The notes: a model not told the origin generated them from the letters alone. Positions 17,027 through 25,756 are shown, counted from the stretch's first letter. The stretch is DNA of 32,000 nt from Rhodobacter capsulatus SB 1003 (GCF_000021865.1 NC_014034.1:1950001-1982000); one strand, 5' to 3'. Translations and numbers: made by a program.

Positions 17027-17919
17027 GTCGGTTTGTCTCCGGAGACGTAGCGAGCGGCGGCGGCAAGGGCGCGGTCAAGGGCGGTCTCGCGGTCCGCGCC
17101 TTCGCGCTCGGCCACCAGATGGGCGGCCATGAAAGTGTCGCCCGCGCCGGTGACGCGGGTGACCAGAACCTCGGGCGGGGTGGCGGTGATGACGCCTTGT
17201 CCGCGCGAGCCATCGGCGGCGGCGCTGCCGCCATCCGTGACAAGGACATGGCTGGCGCCGCGGGAAAGCAACCCCTCGGCCGCGGCTTCGGCGGTGGTGA
17301 AGTCGCGCTGGCAGAGGATGCCCGCCTCTTCGCGGTTCACATAGATCGTCGCGCGGGGATGGGGCAGCAGCGGCGCCAGCCGTTCGGCCTTGCCGGGGCT
17401 GGCGGGGGCGACGCGCAGATCGGCGCGGGCAAAAAGCGGCGAACGCGCGATCTCGGCCAGCAGCGCCTGGGTCAGGTTGCCATCCAGCGCCACCGGCCCC
17501 GCCCAGGGCTGCGCGGCGCTGCCCAGACGGCCATCGGTCAACGGGCGCAGGATCTTGTCGCCCGCCGCCTCGAGGCTGTGCGCATCGGCAATGGCGGCGA
17601 TCAGCCCGTTCGCCCCCTCGATCGCCATGTAGCGGTCGGTGGGCAGATCGTCCGAGCGATAGAGGAACCGGCAGTCGATCCCCATCAGCTCGGCCGACTG
17701 GATCAGCTCGGCCCCCTGCGTGTCGCGACCGATTGCCGTCAGGATGGCCGGGCGCAGCCCGAAGCGGGTCAGCGTCATCGCGATGTTCATCGCCACGCCG
17801 CCGGGCAGGCGGGTGATCCGCCCGGGCACGTCGGAGCCCGCGCGCATGTGCACCGGCGCGCGGCCGATGATGTCCCACAGGACCGAGCCGATGCAAAGAA
17901 TGTCGGGAGTGTCTTTCAT
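17023..17919 (-). CDS. psuK: PfkB-family carbohydrate kinase, probably pseudouridine kinase
   Basis: 298 aa. It has an N-terminal [11 protein letters not shown] motif, a PGGVAMN motif and a C-terminal VTGAGDTF anion-hole motif. Its stop overlaps the psuG start (ATGA, 17023-17026). The specific substrate is inferred from that pairing. Confidence 0.75.
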
Positions 17920-17954
17920 GGTCCCTTGGTGCTACGGCTTCGCGGAGGGCGCAA

Positions 17955-18056
17955 GGGGGGGCGCTGCCCCCTCGGCGCTTTCGCGCCTCTCCCCCGGGAT
18001 ATTTGCAGCAAGATAAAGGAACACCGATTTATCTTGCGCCAAATATCCCCGCCGGA
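17955..18056. repeat. Inverted pair of the intergenic repeat unit (left 17955-18020, right 18027-18056)
   Basis: The left arm is GGGGGGCGCTGCCCCC...CCCCCGGGATATTTGCAGCAAGATAAAGGAA. The reverse complement of the right arm is GGCGGGGATATTTGGCGCAAGATAAAT. It lies between the divergent psuK and rpsB genes. Confidence 0.72.
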
Positions 18057-18087
18057 GGCTTCGGCCGTCAAAGACCGGCGCGGGGGC

Positions 18088-18116
18088 TTGCCAGACGGGC
18101 GGGGCTGGTCTATAGG
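18088..18116 (+). promoter_or_regulatory. Putative rpsB promoter (TTGCCA-N17-TATAGG)
   Basis: -35 at 18088-18093, a 17-nt spacer, and -10 at 18111-18116. This would give a leader of roughly 110 nt before the rpsB ATG. Prediction by eye only. Confidence 0.35.
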
Positions 18117-18233
18117 GCGCGCACTTCACAGGCGGAGGCGGGCCAACGGCGGGAGACATCCCCGTTCGGTCCACCGGTTGGGGGCAACCCTGAAATTCCT
18201 CCGCTCAGGCGCAAACCGGAAAGGAAATGGACC

Positions 18234-18989
18234 ATGGCGCTTCCCGATTTCTCGCTGCGTCAGCTTCTTGAAGCTGGCGTTCACTACGGCCACCAGACGC
18301 AACGCTGGAACCCGCGCATGGCGGAGTTCATCTATGGCGAGCGGAACGGCATCCATATCATCGACCTGACCCAGACCGTGCCGATGCTCGACGCGGCGCT
18401 GAACGTGGTCCGTGACACCGTCGCCAAGGGCGGCCGCGTGCTCTTTGTCGGCACCAAGCGTCAGGCTGCGAAAGCCGTCGCCGATGCCGCGGAAAAATGC
18501 GCGCAATACTACATGAACCACCGCTGGCTGGGTGGCACGCTGACGAACTGGAAGACCGTGTCGCAGTCGATCGCCCGTCTGAAGCAGATCGACGAGATCA
18601 TGGCCTCGGGCGCCGAAGGCCTGACCAAGAAAGAACGTCTGGGCATGGAACGCGAGCAGGCCAAGCTGCAGGCCTCGCTGGGCGGGATCCGCGAAATGGG
18701 CGGTCTGCCGGACCTGCTCTTCGTGATCGACGTGTCGAAGGAAGACCTCGCCATCCTCGAAGCGCAGAAGCTGGGCATCCCGGTCGTGGCCGTGGTCGAC
18801 ACCAACTGCTCGCCCAAGGGCGTGGACTACATCATCCCCGGCAACGATGACGCCGCCCGCGCCATCGCGCTTTACTGCGACCTCGTCTCGCGCGCGGCGC
18901 TGGACGGCATGAGCGCCCAGATGGGCGCCGCCGGTGTCGACCTGGGCGCGCTGGAAGAAGCCCCGGTCGAGGACGTCGCCGAGGCCTGA
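18234..18989 (+). CDS. rpsB: 30S ribosomal protein S2
   Basis: The start was reset to the ATG at 18234 ([29 protein letters not shown]), giving 251 aa. The sequence is highly conserved S2 throughout. Confidence 0.97.
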   Translation: MALPDFSLRQLLEAGVHYGHQTQRWNPRMAEFIYGERNGIHIIDLTQTVPMLDAALNVVRDTVAKGGRVLFVGTKRQAAKAVADAAEKCAQYYMNHRWLGGTLTNWKTVSQSIARLKQIDEIMASGAEGLTKKERLGMEREQAKLQASLGGIREMGGLPDLLFVIDVSKEDLAILEAQKLGIPVVAVVDTNCSPKGVDYIIPGNDDAARAIALYCDLVSRAALDGMSAQMGAAGVDLGALEEAPVEDVAEA

Positions 18990-19015
18990 GGCCCGGCCGT
19001 CACACAAGCTTCATC

Positions 19016-19035
19016 GGGCGGGGGTAACCCCGCCC
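19016..19035 (+). other. rpsB-tsf intercistronic stem-loop
   Basis: GGGCGGGG, GTAA, CCCCGCCC (8-bp stem) with no T-tract. The tsf SD sequence AAGGAGAG follows. Confidence 0.45.
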
Positions 19036-19060
19036 TCACCTCATTCCAAGGAGAGTTCCC

Positions 19061-19969
19061 ATGGCTGTCACCGCTCAGATGGTGAAAGAACTGCGCGAGA
19101 CCACCGGCGCCGGCATGATGGACGCGAAGAAGGCGCTGACCGAATGCGACGGCAACATGGATGCCGCCATCGACTGGCTGCGCACCAAGGGCCTGGCGAA
19201 AGCCGCGAAAAAGGCCGACCGCGTTGCCGCCGAGGGTCTGATCGGCGTCGCCGTGACCACCGGCCGCGGTGTCGCGATCGAGATCAACTCGGAAACCGAC
19301 TTCGTGGCGAAGAACACCGATTTCCAGGCGCTGGTGCGCGACGTGGCGAAAACCGCGCTGGAAGTGGGCGAATCGGTCGAAGTGGTGAAAGCCGCGGCGC
19401 TGAACGGCAAGACCGTTGACGAAGTGCTTGGCGAAGCCATCGCCCGCATCGGCGAGAACATGACCTTCCGCCGCCTGCACATTCTGGAAGGCGACACCAT
19501 CGTTTCCTATGTCCACAATGCCGCCGCCCCGGAAATGGGCAAGATCGGCGTTCTGGTCGCGCTGAAGGGCGATGCCGCCAAGGCGCAGGAAATCGGCAAG
19601 CAATTCGCGATGCATATCGCGGCGACCGCGCCGATCTCGCTGAACGAGGCCAGCCTTGATCCGGCCGTGCTGGAGCGCGAGCTGCAGGTGCAGACCGCCA
19701 AGGCGCTGGAAGAGAACGCCACCTCGGCCAAGCCGAAGCCCGAGCAGGTGATCCACAACAACATCATCCCGGGCCGGATGAAGAAGTTCCTCGAGGAAGT
19801 GACCCTCGTGAACCAGAAATTCGTGATGAACCCCGATGTGACCGTGGCCCAGGCCGCGACCGAGGCGGGCGTGGAAATCACCGGCTTCGCGCGTCTTGCC
19901 GTGGGCGAAGGCGTCGAGAAGAAGGAAGAGGATTTCGCCGCCGAAGTGGCGAAGATGGTCGGCGCGTAG
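19061..19969 (+). CDS. tsf: Translation elongation factor Ts
   Basis: 302 aa. It has an N-terminal UBA-like domain ([35 protein letters not shown]) and conserved [12 protein letters not shown]. Confidence 0.97.
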   Translation: MAVTAQMVKELRETTGAGMMDAKKALTECDGNMDAAIDWLRTKGLAKAAKKADRVAAEGLIGVAVTTGRGVAIEINSETDFVAKNTDFQALVRDVAKTALEVGESVEVVKAAALNGKTVDEVLGEAIARIGENMTFRRLHILEGDTIVSYVHNAAAPEMGKIGVLVALKGDAAKAQEIGKQFAMHIAATAPISLNEASLDPAVLERELQVQTAKALEENATSAKPKPEQVIHNNIIPGRMKKFLEEVTLVNQKFVMNPDVTVAQAATEAGVEITGFARLAVGEGVEKKEEDFAAEVAKMVGA

Positions 19970-19990
19970 GCGCTGCCCCCTCGGCCAAGA
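19970..19990 (+). repeat. Truncated copy of the repeat unit's GCGCTGCCCCC module
   Basis: GCGCTGCCCCCTCGGCCAAGA lies directly after the tsf stop. It resembles the 26845-26891 unit (reverse complement ...GCGCTGCCCCCGGACCCCCGGCGTATTTCGGCCAAGAAAAAGG) with an internal deletion. Confidence 0.45.
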
Positions 19991-19993
19991 CAG

Positions 19994-20020
19994 CGCCGCC
20001 CTTCGGGGCGGCGTTTTTGT
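19994..20020 (+). terminator. tsf intrinsic terminator
   Basis: CGCCGCCC, TTCG, GGGCGGCG (8-bp stem, 19994-20013), followed by TTTTTGT. Confidence 0.8.
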
Positions 20021-20039
20021 TACGATGTGGGCATTTGCG

Positions 20040-20061
20040 GCGCCCTGAACCGTCAGGGCGC
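20040..20061 (+). other. Second stem-loop after tsf
   Basis: GCGCCCTGA, ACCG, TCAGGGCGC: a 9-bp stem followed by a weak GCTTTCC tail. Confidence 0.4.
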
Positions 20062-20081
20062 GCTTTCCTGCATATCTTGTG

Positions 20082-20130
20082 CATGAAATTGAAACGGCCC
20101 AGACGGGTGACTATAAACCCGCTGGGCCGT
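20082..20130 (-). terminator. Long hairpin plus U-rich tail on the minus strand (distal luxR-family terminator or sRNA 3' end)
   Basis: The minus strand reads ACGGCCCAG-CGGGT, TTATAGTC, ACCCG-t-CTGGGCCGT, then TTCAATTTCATG. That is 14 bp with one bulge. A second small hairpin, ACCGGAAAACCGGT, lies at 20131-20144. Confidence 0.45.
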
Positions 20131-20301
20131 ACCGGAAAACCGGTGGGATCTCGCCGGATCAATCTTCGACTGCTTCCCTGTTCCTGGCCGAAGCCACCAC
20201 TCACGGAACACGTGTATCTAAGGCATTTCCCATGGATTCGGAGTAGTCAGGTATTCCTTACCATGCCAGAATGTCGCAGCCCCCGGGGCCGCTCGACCGG
20301 C

Positions 20302-21054
20302 TCAGGGGGCCGAGGTGATGAAAAGCTGCTTCTGCATCGACGCCTTGAGCAGCGCCTGCGCGGTGGTTTCGACCTCGAGCGCCTCGCGGGCGAGGCGCAG
20401 ATGTTTCTCGACCGTGGCCGTGGTCGGGCCGAGGATCTGCGCGATATCGGCCGAGGTCTTGCCGTCGCCGACCCATTCCAGCACCTCGCGCTGACGCGAG
20501 GTCAGCGGCCGACGGGTGGTCGAAAAGGGCAGGGCGCTGATTTTCAGATGCATGATCGAATTCAGCACCCGCAGGTCACGCCCATGCTCCTCCCAGATCG
20601 CGTCGACATCGGCCTGGGTCAGGCCGGGCTGCGCGCAAAGGCCGATCGCCCCCTTGGCGCGGGCGGAGGTGTCGGGAAAGCCGATCGAATAGCCCGCCAG
20701 AACCTGAAAACGGCGGTTGAGGTCGATCACCCTGCGCTCGCCTTCGGTCAGCTCGCCCGCGGCCATCCGTTCGGCGACGACGCGCCACGAACAGGCCCCC
20801 ACCGAGTCGAGGGCCCATTTCACCATCGGCGCCTCCGAAAAGAGACCGGCGCCGAGGAAGGAATTCAGATAGGCCGGATCGTGGTTGGACAGGATCAGCG
20901 TATCATCGAGCGAGCCGAGATTCTGCGTCGCGCGGAACCGGGTGAACCCGTAGATCAGACGGTCGAAGCCGAACTTGGCCATCTGCGCACAATGCATGCT
21001 CCAGATGGTCGCGACATCATCGGCGACCAGAAGTTGTTCAAGATGATCCAGCAT
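20302..21054 (-). CDS. LuxR-family transcriptional regulator (autoinducer-binding-like N-domain plus GerE/LuxR HTH); no luxI nearby
   Basis: The start was reset to the ATG at 21054 (MLDHLEQLL...), giving 250 aa. The C-terminal HTH is LTSRQREVLEWVGDGKTSADIAQILGPTTATVEKHL. The N-domain shows the FGFD...SNHDPAYLNSF...APMV...CSW layout of quorum-sensing receptors. Confidence 0.85.
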   Translation of the reverse strand: MLDHLEQLLVADDVATIWSMHCAQMAKFGFDRLIYGFTRFRATQNLGSLDDTLILSNHDPAYLNSFLGAGLFSEAPMVKWALDSVGACSWRVVAERMAAGELTEGERRVIDLNRRFQVLAGYSIGFPDTSARAKGAIGLCAQPGLTQADVDAIWEEHGRDLRVLNSIMHLKISALPFSTTRRPLTSRQREVLEWVGDGKTSADIAQILGPTTATVEKHLRLAREALEVETTAQALLKASMQKQLFITSAP

Positions 21055-21230
21055 TGCGCGCGTCTCACACCTCGCAAGCTTGCACAGATCACGGTTTTGC
21101 CATGTGTCGCCCCCTTGGCGCAAGTGTGTTCCGCCCCGCGGCGCAGGGCATGTCACAAGGTCGCAGACTGCACCATCCCCAAAGGATCTGTGCAATTATG
21201 CTTTTTTACCAAGCGTTTAAGTTTCGACCT

Positions 21231-21668
21231 TCACACGGCGAAACCGCTGTTGGCGGCCTTGGCGCGCAGCATCGGCACCAGGGCAGACAGATCATAGCCC
21301 GCATTTTGGGCAGTTTGCAAAATCTCGTCGAGGGGGCGTCGTCCGGCCTGGCTCAGGGCCCACAGATGCGAGGAGCGCGTCCCGGACCGGCACCAGGCCA
21401 GAACCGGAGCTTCGGCCGCGGCAAGGGCGGCTTCGAAAGCGGCGATCAGATCGGCGCTCAGTTCCCCCGGATAATAGGGCAGATGCACATAGGACAGCCC
21501 CGCGGCGGCGGCGGCCTCCTGCAGCGCGGCATTGAGACCGGCGTCGACCTCTTCATCCGGGCGATTGTTGATCAGCGTGCGAAAGCCGAGGCGGGCGGCC
21601 TCGGCAATATCGTCAAGGGCGATCTGCGGCGCCACAGCGAAATCGGGCGTCAGGGTACGCAGGTCCAT
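21231..21668 (-). CDS. TIGR01244 / DUF442 family protein (phosphatase-like fold, N-domain type of Blh sulfur-metabolism proteins)
   Basis: The track start at 21683 is a TTG. The ATG at 21668 (MDLRTLTPDFAVAPQI...) is preceded by GGAGGAAGAC. It has a conserved Cys loop, LAWCRSGTRS. Confidence 0.72.
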   Translation of the reverse strand: MDLRTLTPDFAVAPQIALDDIAEAARLGFRTLINNRPDEEVDAGLNAALQEAAAAAGLSYVHLPYYPGELSADLIAAFEAALAAAEAPVLAWCRSGTRSSHLWALSQAGRRPLDEILQTAQNAGYDLSALVPMLRAKAANSGFAV

Positions 21669-21728
21669 GTCTTCCTCCGGCAAGTTCCGTGGCCACTCTG
21701 GACCGCGCTGCCGACAGGTGCAAGGGGC

Positions 21729-22412
21729 TCAGGGCAGCTCCGGGATCGCTTTGGTCGCGGCGCGGGTCAGATCGGGGATCAGCCAGTCTGCGGCCGTGAA
21801 ATCGTCGCCGCGGGTGTATTCCGAAGGCGTCAGAACCACCCGAAGCTCGGCCGCCTTGGCCGAGGCGAGACCGGCACGGCTGTCCTCGAAGGCCAGGCAC
21901 GCCGCGGGCGGCAGTCCAAGACCCTGCAAAGCCAGCAGATAGACATCGGGGGCGGGTTTCTTCTGCGCCACCTCGTCCCCGGCGGCGATCACCTCGAAGA
22001 TGTCCCCGGCAGGCCTGCGGAAGGTGGCGGCGATCAGCGCATCCACATTTGCCCGCGTGGTCGTGGTGGCGATGGCGAGACGAAGTCCCGAAGCTTTTGC
22101 CCGGTCGATCAGCGCCGCGACACCGGGCAGCAGGCCGACCTGACCCGAGGCGATGATCTCGACATAGCGTTGCGTCTTCGCTTGGTGCAGCGCGGCGATG
22201 TCCACATCGGAGGGGCCGGAGCCCACGGTCTCCCGATGTTTCGCCATCCGCTCCTTGCCGCCGGTGGTGCGCAGAAGCGTCCGATAATCTTCCTTCGACC
22301 AGTGCCAGTCCAGTCCCTGGGCCGCGAAAGTCTCGTTGAAGGCCTGCCGATGCACTTCCTCGGTTTCCGCCAAAGTGCCGTCAACGTCGAAGATCAGCGC
22401 CTTCAGCTCCAT
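21729..22412 (-). CDS. cbbY: CbbY-type HAD hydrolase (xylulose-1,5-bisphosphate phosphatase family)
   Basis: MELKALIFDVDGTLAETEEVHRQAFNETFAAQGLDWHWSKEDY matches the CbbY N-terminus. I chose the ATG at 22412 over 22418 because GAGGA lies 6 nt upstream of it. It overlaps the cbbZ 3' end by 10 nt. Confidence 0.85.
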   Translation of the reverse strand: MELKALIFDVDGTLAETEEVHRQAFNETFAAQGLDWHWSKEDYRTLLRTTGGKERMAKHRETVGSGPSDVDIAALHQAKTQRYVEIIASGQVGLLPGVAALIDRAKASGLRLAIATTTTRANVDALIAATFRRPAGDIFEVIAAGDEVAQKKPAPDVYLLALQGLGLPPAACLAFEDSRAGLASAKAAELRVVLTPSEYTRGDDFTAADWLIPDLTRAATKAIPELP

Positions 22413-23062
22413 GTCCATTCCTCAACGATGCCGGGCAGGGCATTGAAATCGCTGAACTTCGCGGCATGCGGCAGATCTTCGACCGGGGTCTTGCGATAGC
22501 CCTCGGTATAGATCAGGAACGGCAGCCCCGCGTTTTGGGCGGTCTGTGCGTCGATCTCGCTGTCGCCGATGTACAGCGCATGGTCGCGGCCCAATAATCT
22601 TTGCGCCTCCTGCACCATCTCGGGGTTCGGCTTGCGCGTGGGCAGGCTGTCGCCGCCGATCACAAGCTGGAAATAATCGCTCAGACCGACATGGGCGATC
22701 GCCGCAAGCGCAGGCTTGTAGGGCTTGTTGGTGGTGATCGCCATCGGGCAGCCCATCGCCTGCAGACGTTGCAACGCTGTGATCACACCCGGGTAAAGCG
22801 TGTTGCCCGCGACATCGGTTTCATAGCGTCCGACAAGATCGGCATAGATCGCGTCGAAAAGCGGCCCTTCGGGATCTTCACCGGCGGTCGTCAGCAGGCA
22901 GCGCACCAGATGGGGCGCGCCCTGTCCGACGAAACTGCGGATCTGATCGAGGCTGAGGGGCGCGTAACCGCGTCCGGTCAGCACATCGTTCGAGACCTTG
23001 TGAATGGCGGGCGCCGAGTCGATCAGCGTGCCATCGAGATCGAAAATCAGCGCCGGCGCCAT
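22403..23062 (-). CDS. cbbZ: Phosphoglycolate phosphatase
   Basis: The start at 23062 (MAPALIFDLDGTLIDSAPAI...) shares one base with the upstream stop (TGATG). It is HAD subfamily IA, with motifs DLDGTL, TNK and GDSEIDAQTA. Confidence 0.85.
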   Translation of the reverse strand: MAPALIFDLDGTLIDSAPAIHKVSNDVLTGRGYAPLSLDQIRSFVGQGAPHLVRCLLTTAGEDPEGPLFDAIYADLVGRYETDVAGNTLYPGVITALQRLQAMGCPMAITTNKPYKPALAAIAHVGLSDYFQLVIGGDSLPTRKPNPEMVQEAQRLLGRDHALYIGDSEIDAQTAQNAGLPFLIYTEGYRKTPVEDLPHAAKFSDFNALPGIVEEWTWS

Positions 23063-23613
23063 CAGTCTTTCCATTTGATCGAACACCCGAGCGAGGCGAT
23101 CTGGTCGCGCGGTCCCTGACCCGTTTCGGCCACGCGCACCATCGCCTCGTAAAGTTCGCGCCGCGCATCGGCCGGGCCGGGCTGGCGCCCCGAAGCATCC
23201 AGACGCCCGCGATACTGCAACGCATCCTCGGCATTGAACCCGAAGAAATCCGGTGTGCAGATCGCATCGTAAGCCTTTGCCACGGCTTGCGTTTCATCAA
23301 ACAGATAGGGGAAGCGGAAGCCGCGTTCCGCAGCCAGCCGCGCCATGTGCTCGGGGCCGTCCTGCGGATAGGTCCCGACATCGTTCGAGGAAATCGCCGC
23401 AACGCCGATGCCCAGATCCATCAGCGCCTCGGCATCGCGCTGCAGCCGGTCGAGGATCGCCTGAACATAGGGGCAATGGTTGCAGATAAACATGATCAGC
23501 AGGCCTTTCGGCCCGCGGATGTCATCCAGGCTCCAGAACCTGCCCGAGGTGTCGGGCAGGCGGAAATCCGGGGCTTTCCAGCCGAAGTCGCAAACCGGGG
23601 GAGAGACGCCCAT
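23062..23613 (-). CDS. Thioredoxin-fold protein, peroxiredoxin-like (AhpC/TSA-type, CxxC motif CNHC)
   Basis: The start was reset to the ATG at 23613 (MGVSPPVCDFGWKAPDFRLPDTSGRFWSLDDIRGPKGLLIMFICNHCPYV), giving 183 aa. It begins 7 nt after the cbbE stop and is coupled to cbbZ. Confidence 0.8.
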   Translation of the reverse strand: MGVSPPVCDFGWKAPDFRLPDTSGRFWSLDDIRGPKGLLIMFICNHCPYVQAILDRLQRDAEALMDLGIGVAAISSNDVGTYPQDGPEHMARLAAERGFRFPYLFDETQAVAKAYDAICTPDFFGFNAEDALQYRGRLDASGRQPGPADARRELYEAMVRVAETGQGPRDQIASLGCSIKWKD

Positions 23614-23620
23614 GACGACC

Positions 23621-24307
23621 TCAGAGCGCCGCTTGCGCCGCGGCCCGGATTGCCGCGATGTTCTTGCCATAGACCTCGGGGGTTGCAACCGAACCGCCCT
23701 TGAAGACGCCCGAGCCCGCCACGAAGACATCGGCGCCCGCCGCGGCCATCAGGGGCGCCGTCACCGGGTCCATGCCGCCGTCGATCTCGATATGCACCGG
23801 ACGGTCGCCGATCATCGCGCGCAGCTTGCGCACCTTGGCCGTCATGTCGATGTATTTCTGCCCGCCAAAGCCCGGGTTCACCGTCATCACGCAGACAACA
23901 TCCGCAATATCAAGGACATGCTCGATCGCTTCGGCGGGGGTGCCGGGGTTGATCGCCACGCCCGATTTCATTCCGGCGGCGCGGATCGCCTGCAGCGTGC
24001 GGTGGATATGCGGCCCGGCCTCGACATGCGCCGTCAGCACATCGGCGCCCGCCTGCGCATAGGCGTCGATATAGGCATCGACCGGCGAAATCATCAGATG
24101 CACGTCCATCACGGTTTTCACATGCTTGCGAAAGGCCGCGACGGCGGGCGGACCAAAGGTGAGGTTCGGCACGAAATGCCCATCCATCACGTCGACATGC
24201 ACCCAATCGGCGCCCTGCGCCTCGATGGCCTGGATTTCACGGCCGAAATCGGCGAAGTCGGCAGAAAGGATCGAGGGGGCGATCTTGATGGAACGGTCGA
24301 AGGTCAT
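23621..24307 (-). CDS. cbbE: Ribulose-phosphate 3-epimerase
   Basis: The start was reset to the ATG at 24307 (MTFDRSIKIAPSILSADFADFG...HVDVMDGHFVPNLTFGP), preceded by CAGGAGAC, giving 228 aa. Confidence 0.95.
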   Translation of the reverse strand: MTFDRSIKIAPSILSADFADFGREIQAIEAQGADWVHVDVMDGHFVPNLTFGPPAVAAFRKHVKTVMDVHLMISPVDAYIDAYAQAGADVLTAHVEAGPHIHRTLQAIRAAGMKSGVAINPGTPAEAIEHVLDIADVVCVMTVNPGFGGQKYIDMTAKVRKLRAMIGDRPVHIEIDGGMDPVTAPLMAAAGADVFVAGSGVFKGGSVATPEVYGKNIAAIRAAAQAAL

Positions 24308-24326
24308 GTCGGTCTCCTGAGGGGTT

Positions 24327-24346
24327 GGGCGGGGTGTCCCCCGCCC
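24327..24346 (-). other. cbbM-cbbE intercistronic GC hairpin
   Basis: GGGCGGGG, TGTC, CCCCGCCC (8-bp stem), 16 nt after the cbbM stop and 20 nt before the cbbE ATG. Confidence 0.5.
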
Positions 24347-24361
24347 GGATAGCACCGGCGT

Positions 24362-25738
24362 TCAGTTAACGCCCAGAGCGACGCGCCAGCCCGGATAGAG
24401 CTTGTCGGCATCGTTCGGGAAGCTTTCGAACGCCCGGGCCAGTTCGCGATGCGATTTCGCATAGGTCACCAGATCCACGCCCGCCTTCCAGGCGTCGCAG
24501 GACTGGCGCAGCGATTTCGCCCCGGCGGTGCCGCCATCCAGGTGACCAAAGGCACCGCCGCCCGAGGTCTGGATCACGTTCGAATGGCCGAGGTTGTCGA
24601 AGAAGCCCGGCAGACGCAGCGCGTTCATGCCGCCCGAGATGATCGGCGTCGTGGCCTTCATGCCCAGCCAGTCCTGATGGTAGAACGGGCCCTGCGCCGC
24701 CTCGTCGGTCAGCATGTAGGCCATGATCTTGTCGGAGGCATCGCCCTCCATCTTGCCATAGCCCATCGTGCCGGTGTGGATGCCCGAGGCGCCCTGCAGA
24801 CGCGACATCTTCGAGAGCACGAAGGCGGTGTAGCCGCGCATCGACTGCGGCGAGGTCACGGCGCCGTGGCCCGCGCGGTGATAGTGCAGGAACTGGCGCG
24901 GGAATTGCCGACGCGCGGTGGTGATCGCCGCCGGGCCGGTGACATAGCCATCCACGAGGAAGGCGACGTGATCGGCGTTTTCGCCAAAAGTTTCAAGGAT
25001 GTATTCGCCGCGGGCGACCATTTCGTAATGGTCGTCGGCGGTGATGTTGGCCGAGAAAAGCTTGGCTTCGCCGGTTTCGTCCTGCGCCCGTTTCATCGCA
25101 TCGGCGACGAGACGGATGGTTTCCTTCAGCGGCGCGAAGGTCTGGTTGCCCTGCGGTTCGTCATTCTTGATGAAATCGCCGCCCAGCCAGAATTCATAGC
25201 AGGCATCGGCAAAGGGCTTCGGACGCAGACCCAGTTTCGGCTTGATGATCGTGCCGACGACCATGCCGCCATCGACCACCGGACGGCCCAGAACGCGCCA
25301 CATGTCGGCGATGTTCATCGAGGGGCCGTCGAACAGGCGCAGATAGCAGGGCGGCACGTAGAATTCGTGCATCTTGGCATATTCGACGTCGCCCATGCCC
25401 TGGTTGTTGCCGATCGTCAGCGTCAGGAACGAGCACAGCATCGCCCGGCCGTCGATGATGTTTCTGTCAAAGAGTTCAACCGGATAGGCGATCTTCATGA
25501 TCTCCTTTTCCGGGTCGATCTCGTAGACCAGCGCATCGACGCCGCGGGTGAAATCGTCGGTGGTCGAGACCTCGACGTTCGTCCCGGTCGAGCTTTCGGC
25601 GGCGAAATGGGCGGCGGTTTCCAGATAGCCGTAGCCCGCCTTGGGCTTCATGACATAGGCGCAGAGCACATGGCGCCCGCCGGCGATGAGATCGGCTTCC
25701 TTGAGGTCGAGCCGGGCGTAACGGTTAGACTGATCCAT
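24362..25738 (-). CDS. cbbM: Ribulose-1,5-bisphosphate carboxylase/oxygenase, form II
   Basis: 458 aa. It begins [54 protein letters not shown]. The carbamylated-Lys region is [14 protein letters not shown]. No small-subunit gene follows. Confidence 0.98.
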   Translation of the reverse strand: MDQSNRYARLDLKEADLIAGGRHVLCAYVMKPKAGYGYLETAAHFAAESSTGTNVEVSTTDDFTRGVDALVYEIDPEKEIMKIAYPVELFDRNIIDGRAMLCSFLTLTIGNNQGMGDVEYAKMHEFYVPPCYLRLFDGPSMNIADMWRVLGRPVVDGGMVVGTIIKPKLGLRPKPFADACYEFWLGGDFIKNDEPQGNQTFAPLKETIRLVADAMKRAQDETGEAKLFSANITADDHYEMVARGEYILETFGENADHVAFLVDGYVTGPAAITTARRQFPRQFLHYHRAGHGAVTSPQSMRGYTAFVLSKMSRLQGASGIHTGTMGYGKMEGDASDKIMAYMLTDEAAQGPFYHQDWLGMKATTPIISGGMNALRLPGFFDNLGHSNVIQTSGGGAFGHLDGGTAGAKSLRQSCDAWKAGVDLVTYAKSHRELARAFESFPNDADKLYPGWRVALGVN

Positions 25739-25756
25739 GATGAGGGGTCCTTTCGA

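Noticed and set aside
20094-20144. Possible tRNA or other known RNA gene in the tsf / LuxR spacer
   Set aside because: The inner stem has an 8-nt loop rather than 7 nt. There are no acceptor, D or T arms, and I could not build a cloverleaf. I recognised no SRP, 6S or tmRNA signature. It is kept only as an unclassified structured region.
21055-21230. lux-box-like operator or promoter upstream of the LuxR-family gene (palindrome GCAAGCTTGC at 21076-21085; TTAAAC-N16-TAATTG on the minus strand near 21190-21225)
   Set aside because: The palindrome is only 10 bp and does not extend to a 18-20-bp lux-box dyad. The promoter hexamers are weak matches. It is mentioned under the LuxR finding but is not strong enough to annotate as a feature.
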